A DNA stretch of 64,000 nucleotides from positions 5,712,613 through 5,776,612 of the forward strand of contig CAVNZM010000008.1 of NCBI GenBank assembly GCA_963693365.1, in the 5' to 3' direction. Positions 45,379 to 64,000 of this stretch are shown piece by piece (the stretch's first letter is position 1; each line of letters starts with the position of its first letter). The notes beneath the pieces were generated by a model that was not told where the DNA came from, ran no database searches, and was given only the letters and a program-made list of their open reading frames with translations. This DNA comes from Amoebidium appalachense. Taxonomy: Eukaryota; Protista; Ichthyosporea. Both the position numbers and the translations under genes were made by a program.

Positions 45379-45640
45379 GAGCAACACAGAGATGCAGTAG
45401 AGTGGGGGGAGGGAGGAGGGCAGAGGGGAGAAAGGTGGGGAGGGGGAGGGGGAGGGAGAGAGCAACAATTCATCAGAGTAGCACTGGAGGGGGAGGGGGG
45501 GGGGGGGGGGGAAGGGGGAGGGGGGGAGGGGGGAGGGGGGAAAGAGATAAAGAGACAGAGATACAGCCTTGTCACTAGATGGATAGATATAGATATAGAT
45601 ATGAAGAAATACACTAGTAGCGAGCGAGCGAGCGAGAGGG

Positions 45641-45691
<51 letters not shown>

Positions 45692-45829
45692 CCTCCTCCA
45701 AAAAGCACTCCCCCCCCCCCCCCCCCCCCCCCCACCACCCCCACCCCTCTCCCCACCCTGCCGGGGTTTCCCGTTCTATCAGCCAGGCCACCACCACACC
45801 CAAAAACATCTGCACACATTCGATATAAA

Positions 45830-46720
45830 TGTTGAAAAAACCACACCTTGCCTTGAAAACCCTCCCGGTGGTGGACGGACCCAGAATCAAATTTTTAGTG
45901 CCGCAATTCAGCCATCCACCCCCACCAGCACTGGCAGTGTCGAGAATAAACCCCACCGAAATTTACTTTACAGTAAAAGAAATGCTGAATTTGCACGGCA
46001 AGTTCTGCTCAGTGGCGCATGACCCCGGCACGAGTGCCGCACACCTAACGACATTCCCGCTGATGGTGAGAACCCGCATGATTGGAGAATACGACTCAAT
46101 CAGATTCGACTTTGGGTGGTTGCAATTGTATATGTAGCTCCCCGCCCCCGGTACATCGGTCACCATGCAGTAGGCCGCGTCTGGCTGGCCGGCAAAATTA
46201 GAAACGGCCTTCGATTGGTACATCCTCCTGTCGGGTTTTCCGGTTTGGGGTCCATCAGAATTTCTAACTATCACGGAGAATCACCCGTCCTGCCTTATGC
46301 AATCTGGCCGAAAGAAGACAATGTCGTGGGTATGGAGCTCATTCTGATGGGGTTTGTTGAATTTCATTTATTGGCGGCGGTATTGGCGCGTAAGCAGATG
46401 TGTTCGTGACCAAATAACTCGAGGGGGGAGTAGAATTTGGCAGGGAGAACGTTGTTAGGATGCATCCCGAATACAAAAAACAGGCTCCGTATTCCGGGAT
46501 ATTGTGGAAATACGATATGTGGGTGCATGTACGCACAGTCGATCAGAGACAGCGATGTGGAGAGGTTTACTGCAATTCTATTGGTCGAGTTGTATATTTT
46601 TTCGTTGGATAGAAGCTGGAAACCAATCAAATCTGTGGGGGCATTACCAAAGTAAGTAAAGAGCGTGGTATGCCCATCATTGTATTTTATTTCAGTGATT
46701 TTCAATATTACTAAAGTTTA
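45830..46720 (-). pseudogene. degenerate intronless ORF, possibly viral minor capsid (penton)-like
   Basis: Protein-like text across frames with stops: DLIGF...YNSTN...NLS; LFFVFGM...LELFGHEHICLRAN...MSSIPTTLSSFGQI; ends FSISFTVK. The family resemblance is by eye only. Confidence 0.25.
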
Positions 46721-46838
46721 TGATTTCTACACTGAGAATGAAAGAAAACACGTGGAATGGGCCAATGCATGTCTCCACACATCAGCCCACGTACGTACTC
46801 ACACGCGTGCCCATGCTATCAGGGGAAGGGGAAGGAGA

Positions 46839-46877
<39 letters not shown>

Positions 46878-47101
46878 CTGTTTTTTATCAACCGGAATTT
46901 TGAAGCTTGTGATGAGGTGCCTGCAAAGGCCAACATTTCCACCCCTTGCACGCACACGCACACGCACACCACACACACACACACGGGCGCACGCACGCAA
47001 AAATGCACTCATACACGCAAAGATGCACGCATACCCACAATGCGCAAAAACGCATGCGTGCGCGCGCGCGCACGCGCACACACACACACACACGCACACA
47101 T

Positions 47102-47182
<81 letters not shown>

Positions 47183-47184
47183 CA

Positions 47185-47253
<69 letters not shown>

Positions 47254-50200
47254 GTGTTGTTGCACATTTCTGCGTTGTTCATCTCGGGGCACTGACCTTG
47301 GTTGGGACAGTGTCATCTGCTCCGGCACAATTGCCGCTACATTCCAAGGTGCACACAGTGAGTTTTCCATCTTTCCTCCTTGTGTAAGTAGGTAGCGGGT
47401 TTTGGCTATATGAGGAGAGCTAATGCATCATTCTCGGATGGCTAGATCTGTAGATATCGAAGAATTGATTCTACGAATATTCGAAAGTTCCAGCAACAAC
47501 TCAATTAACCAATGAAACAAAGGCATTGGCTGGTTTATGGTGTTTGCAATCTCATTAGGTATGTCGCCTACATGGACTCCGCATATAATTCGTGTACGAG
47601 AGGTGTTATCGTGAGTAAAACTTACTATATAAATGTATGGGCTGCATAAGTATTGGGTTAACTCGCGTACCTTTAAGCGCATATCTAGCCTAACCTGTAG
47701 ATGACTTAGCTGTGCGGCTTCTAAACCCATAGCAGTTTGATCGAGTTGTTGACGGCAACTTGGGCGGGCGGGCGCGCGGGGAGGGGGGGAGGGGGGGAGG
47801 GGGGGAGAGGGAAGAGGGGTAGGGAAGGATCCGGAGCTCCCGAGGGGAGGGGGGGGAAGGGAGGGTTGGCAGGCTGGGCTGGCCAGGGGCACTTTGTCTT
47901 TATGTGTTACTGCTACAAGGCAGAGAGGTGTGTGACTGAAAAGAGCCCCAATGCTGTAGCTGTTGCTGCCGTGCGCTTGGATAGAGTATGTGTCGTTGCA
48001 TGGTGGTAGTCTGAGTATGGTGTTCACCCTCTATCGATGGAATTGAAGTGATCATCTGCGAGGCTCCAAGAGAAACACTAAAGAGAGCTTGAGATATCGT
48101 AACGGTTTGGCATTTGGGAACAAAACTCCTCATCTCATGATTCCATTCTCATGATTCCATCTTTCGCACTTCGCATGGCTCAAATGGTTCACAGTTTGCA
48201 TCACCCCACCTACCAAGCAACCACAACGAGAAGATGCTCTCTGTTAGTGCACCTTGCATGTGCTCGATAATCGTTCTTCACGTTCGAAAAACCGCTCTCT
48301 ATGCACAGCGTGTGTGCCCGTACATCCCCCTATGTCTTTGGCACAGGTTATAGTAGGGGGCCAACGAGCCATCCTAGCCATAACGATGGGAGACAAATAC
48401 TGGTAGGTAAAAGTCTCTAAGCAACACACGTGTGCACCAAGAAGCCCTTGTAAACCCTTTAAAACACGGTGAAAAGAGGAAATAGTACTGAGTCAAGGAA
48501 ATAGACACATTTTGGACGTCGTTGCCCAACGGCAAGGTGAACTTGGTTATAAAAAGAGTTCTTTTATTCAACTTTGATACATAAAAGGAATAGGATAGCG
48601 AGGGAGGCCTTTGATACATAAAAGGAATGGGAAAGAGGCCAAGAAGGTTCTTTGTATACATCTGGACGAACAAGCACTTGCCAAACACCCAAACACGGTT
48701 TGAGCGGTAAGTCCCCCAGTCGGCCGGCACCTGACAATGACCTTGATACAAAGAGATCTTCAAAAATGTATAATTAGATGTCATACAAGTTATACAAATA
48801 TTGGGTTTCGTTTCTGCACAGTTGGAGCATTGGAAAACACAAAAAGACATAACTGCTCGGCTTTGCATCTTATTGTCTTATAACTCTCATCAATTGGCAA
48901 CACATTCGTATAAAATAGACAAGACGACTGACAGATACGCGCGTTTTCGGAGTTTAGATGCCGAAGACATCAAACACGCGGGGGGTGTACTCTTGGAACT
49001 CCCATGCTGTCCCCTCCCAGACACCTTGGCCGTCGCATTCAGCGGGCTGGAAGGGCGTCATAAACAAACCCTCGGGGTCGGCGTGGGGCACGGGCTCAAG
49101 CACCTGCTCTGCTTGCACAGCTTGGCTCTGGTAGATGCGCATTCTGTTTGCGAGCTGATGTTGGTGGTCGAGGGTCAGACGCTCACCAATGAAGGGCATG
49201 TGTGTGTCCTTTGTAGTGTCACGGATGTGCTCACGGGAAAGGGTGGCGTAGGTGCATGAAGCAAGCGCACGAGTGAAGGTTGCGGAGGCCACGAGGGGAG
49301 CCGCCTTGGAGAGAACAGGGAGAAGCGACATCTTAAATGTTTGCTTGAGGGAGACAAACTACAAACGTGTTTTTCCAACGATCGATAACTTGCAGAAACC
49401 TGACTGTCCGGTGGTGCAAAAAGGGCGCTATATATACTGAGCCATAATCGGGCATCGACGATATGATTGGCCAAAAAGAGGCTGAGTAGAAACGTCTGGG
49501 AGTTTGTGGAGCGGTGCAAATTATTTGCCAGCCGATATATTATTCATCCTATTATCTGATATTGTAATACCGTCAAATAGGTCATAATGCAGCTTGCTAT
49601 GTTCTTCTCTATGAAAATGAAGCGTAAATGAAGTGAATAAACAGTGTGCATCTTGATTGTATACCCTCGTAGCTCAAATCAAGCTCAATGACAAAGAGCG
49701 CTCGGATATCATGTCCCGTGACTGAGCACATATGTTCACAGTAAGATAATTGTAACGGGCGTTTAACTACGCCAGATAATATATTGATGCTGTACGTCAA
49801 TATAGAACCAATAGAATAAAATTTAAAATTTAAGATACACTTCAAAAAAAGGTGGTCCAAAAATCACATTTTTCTTCGAAGATGTATGCATTGAGGGCCA
49901 TGGCCAGTGCATGTGACAACAAAAAGCTGAGCAACGAATGGGTCACCTGCACATTATCGAAATCTGCCCCCCCTCCTAAAGCGCTGACTCCTGCATGAGC
50001 CTCTGCCCCACTGATAACGAACTGGGTGAGGGGCCGCCCGGCCGGGGGGGGGAGATGTGATGCATGAGGCTATACGCAGGCCTAAATAATAAACGCAGAG
50101 AATTAGTAGTAGTTTCTTAATAATAAGCATTAGTGTATTCACAAGAGAGCAGAATATCATAACTTGGCACTGATATGATAGATTGTTTGAACTTTGAACC

Positions 50201-51899
50201 CGGTGGAAGGCTTGGAATCGACTTCGTCATACGCGATTCTGATTGGCTCTCAAAGAGTGGAAGCTTTCGTGCTTAAAGATAAAAATGCATTGCGATTTGC
50301 GATGCCGATTACATTTGTAAAGCTTTTTGTACACAGTCCTGTTACTGCCCTTTGCACTGGCAGCGCTATTTGTTAGGGAGATTTTATCCATTTTATTATA
50401 AATTATAAGCTATTGTGTATAACTTCATATCGCCGCCAAGGCCCCGAGTATATGACTCGAGTCGAATTCGATGTTTCCGAGAAAATCCGGGAATTTCAGG
50501 CCAGAATTGTTTGTGTGTCCATAAAACTTTGAAAAACCCGCAGTGGCTTAGCTATAGAGTCACCGTTTTCTAGACCATATCATATTATCCAAAGTAAGGG
50601 CAAAAATTTAAGAGAAGAAAGGGAGAAAATACGAAAACTTAGCGCCGATGAAGACAAGGAAGAGGCACCGAATTAGCGGCTGCAATAATGAAAGTCAGCA
50701 AAGGTCGGAGGCTCGGAGCCAGGCGGCTCAGTTTCGCTCGGTGCCTAAGCCCCCGCTGATTGGTTGACCCAATGCCCAGTTATCGGATCTGGCAGCAAAA
50801 AGATAGCCTCCAGACTATCAAACTATCTCACAATTGCTGATTTATCCAAAGTTGTCCTTTTCAAGTCTTCTTCTAATATCCCTCACAAATAAACCTCTCT
50901 GTCATGATAGAGGCATCTCTCTGCCCCCAAAACTCTCTCCAGGCCCTTAAATATTTCTAAATTGCTCGAGAGGTGGTTGAGGATAATGTAGGCAATGTAT
51001 ATGCCTTTCAGCATGCACAGGGTAGATTGATGTCCAAAAATTTTCTAAAGCCACTGATATATCCATCGAAGGGACAAAATTTAAATGCGCTCGGCATACT
51101 GGAAAGGTCTACACTCCCTGTTTACCGTGACACAGCAACACACAAAGGAATTCTTCTGTGCCTTTCGAATTCGCGCACTCGCCAGTTCGTGCACCCTATT
51201 TGCTCGTATCACGCCGCTCGCTCCAACTGGGAATGGCTTATTACGTTATCTTCTAGAACCCAGCGGGCTGTTTTTGCACACGGGAGCGAATAGTGTTGTC
51301 TACGTTTGCTTTCCCTCCGCCCCCCGGGTTTTCGACGTTTCGGCGGGCTAGAAAAAAAGGAGATAAGGAGCCATGGTCTGTGTGTTGTGCGACAAAAAAC
51401 GAGTTTTTTGCTTTGCACGCGGGAGCGAATAAATTGACGGTTTCGCTAGGTGGAGCCTTTTTGCGAATGTTCTGTGAGAGTTTTGGCGTGACAGGAAAAG
51501 ATGTTTCCTGAGCGGCAATGGCAAAAACCAACAACATTATGTTGGCTTCGTCTTCTTGACTTCTCCTTCCAAGCCATTGCTCTTGGCTTGTTTGATCTCA
51601 CCTTCACTCCCTTTTTCTGTAATTGCCCCCAATATTTTCTACAGCCAAGTAAACGACTCTTTCTCTTTCTCTCTCTCGATCTCTCTCTCTCCATGTGACC
51701 CCTTCTCCCCCCCCTCCCTGCCCCTTCCCACTTCCCCTCCCCCCCCCCCCCCCTGCCCCGCCACTTACCTTGGCGGAGGATGGGCTCATCTTATGATGCA
51801 GACACTTTATATGTGTACCATAGCAATCCGCTTTGTGTTGTCCGTCAAATATTCGTACTTCGGTGCTCTGTAACGCTTTCTAACCTTGTAACGCATGAT

Positions 51900-51937
<38 letters not shown>

Positions 51938-52530
51938 CCCCCCCGCCCGCCCGCCCGCCCGCACGCCGCCCTGGTCGGTTCCAATGCCCAAGTTTCAACC
52001 CCTATATTTTCAACCCCAGCCCCATACGTACGATTTCAAGCCTGCCCTTTTCACGAGGTGTTCAAATATGGGGGAAATCTAATATTTAGTACTTTGAGGG
52101 GCCCTCTGTCTATGTCATGCCTGGTATTCACTTAGCAGCTCTTCGTTATTCCTCCACCTCCCTCAGTCCTTCCCTTCCCCCCCTCCCCCCCCCCCCCCCC
52201 CCCTGATCCCCCCTCAGTATGGAGTCCATCGGTGCTAAGAACTTAGTACTCTGTGACACATCCTTATCTCCGTCTCACCCCCATCCCACCACCCCATTCC
52301 TTCCACTCCAAAAAGATAAAGAAAGCGCCCACACATCTACCGTTGCACCCAAACACACGCACGCACACACACACACACACACACAGACGCACGCGCCGCC
52401 GCACGCATACACACACACGTGCTCTCGGTGCTCGTCCGGATCTTTCTAGGTATTATCCGCCTCCTCCCCTTTCTTCCCCCCTTCCTCCTCCCAGTATTTT
52501 CGCTGTGCACGCACAAGTGCACACACAACA

Positions 52531-52587
<57 letters not shown>

Positions 52588-52841
52588 ACGTGCACGTGGG
52601 CGCGCACATAGCCACCACTGATTATACTATTGGTTGTCCCTACTTTTTCCCCTTACACCGATTGTTGAAGCAGCCCCTTCCCCCCCCCCCCCCCCCTCCC
52701 CCCCTTCCCCCGGCACACACACACACACACTCACACACACACCCTCCCCCGGGGACTTCGGAGAGCAGTATCAGGTCTCTCTGACTATGCAGAGAGCCCC
52801 CCCTCCCCCCCCTCCCCCCCTCCCTCCCCCCTCCCCCCCCC

Positions 52842-52876
<35 letters not shown>

Positions 52877-53329
52877 GAAAAAGAAAAGGAAAAGAAAAAG
52901 AAAAAGAAAAAAAAAAAGCAAACCACATTGGCACCTGGCCGCTGAACCACTTATCGGGCAATTCCTAATAAAACTATACATGCATTTCACTTCCAACCAA
53001 AGGCTATGAGCCAAGAAGGTTTTTCTAGGGCGCTTGCTAATATAAAACTCAACCCGCCTCCAAATACCAAATAAGGCAATGAATAAGCCGAATTCATTGG
53101 CACCCTGGCCATTCAGCTACGTGATTCTAGCCCTTGCTCAAAACCATCCCATACATAAAAATTTCAGATACCAGGTACCAAATCAAGCTGTGAACAATTA
53201 AAACAAGCCACCCAGGCACGTCTTAGCACGTGTTAAAGCACATTTCACTGAAACACCAATTAAGGCTATACAAGTTAAATAGCACCCGGGCCACTGAGCC
53301 ACGTGATCCTTCTATTTCTAGTCCTTGCT

Positions 53330-53374
<45 letters not shown>

Positions 53375-53580
53375 CGGCACACACACGGAGAGGGGGGGGG
53401 GGGGGGGGGGGGGAGGGGAGAGGGAAAGAGAGGAGAGAGGGGGGAGGGGGGGCGAGAGGGAGAGATAGATATATATTCCGCTTATGTACACCAAATACCA
53501 AATAAGCCTATCAACAACCCAAACTCATTGGTCTTCATTGGCCCTTGGCCACTGCGCTATATATAGCGCACACAATCCTT

Positions 53581-63644
<10,064 letters not shown>

Positions 63645-63661
63645 CTGTGGTTTTTTTTTTT

Positions 63662-63692
<31 letters not shown>

Positions 63693-64000
63693 GGGGGAAG
63701 GGGGGGGGGGGGAGGGGGCGGAGGGGAGGGGGGAGGATAAGAATGTGATATAGAGAGTGAAGTACACGTTCACAACGGACAAAGCAATGCAGAGTGCAAA
63801 CCGAAGAAAGAGTAGGCATACAAAGCAGAGCCCATCCTACGAGAGGGGGGGTGGGTGGGGGGGGGGGGGGGGGGGGGGGAAGAGGTATGTGTTAGACGTG
63901 GGGGGGTGGGATTATTTGATAGTCATGTGACATACATGTCGTACCAGGGAAGGGCGTGTCGAGAGGTAGATGGTTAAGCTTAACTCAAAAAGAGCGTGAC

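Noticed and set aside
49830-50950. Kolobok-like element bounded by TTAA
   Set aside because: Some internal motifs are suggestive, but no matching TIR pair was found.
50973-51600. Possible coding fragments
   Set aside because: Short ORFs with no recognisable family or consistent splice pattern.

Overview
Eukaryotic, repeat-rich genomic DNA with spliceosomal GT-AG introns, long G/C/T/A homopolymers and (CA)/(TG)/(CT) microsatellites. It is probably from a fungus-like or unicellular holozoan opisthokont; the sequence alone does not resolve this. Two apparently intact multi-exon host genes lie on the minus strand. One has five copies of a bacterial-type beta-sandwich module alternating with EGF exons and ends in a PAN/Apple domain (2616-14946). 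The other is a chitinase with two GH19 domains (53581 to beyond 63644). A degenerate plus-strand secreted-protein gene has PAN and EGF exons and an internal ~183-bp tandem array. Mobile DNA includes a DIRS/Ngaro-like fragment, a Helitron PIF1 remnant split by a 639-bp insertion, a MITE, and three copies of a young APE-RT LINE (one full length with a 10-bp TSD). An alpha-kinase pseudogene and a possible viral minor-capsid relic are also present. The most unusual structure is nested. The full-length LINE sits inside a ~915-bp non-coding, hairpin-rich element flanked by a perfect 129-bp direct repeat, and that element's 3' end recurs at 1818-1857. The LINE ends in a conserved ~200-nt module terminating in TAAACCCCC instead of a poly(A) tail. 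All calls come from manual reading; no database searches were run.
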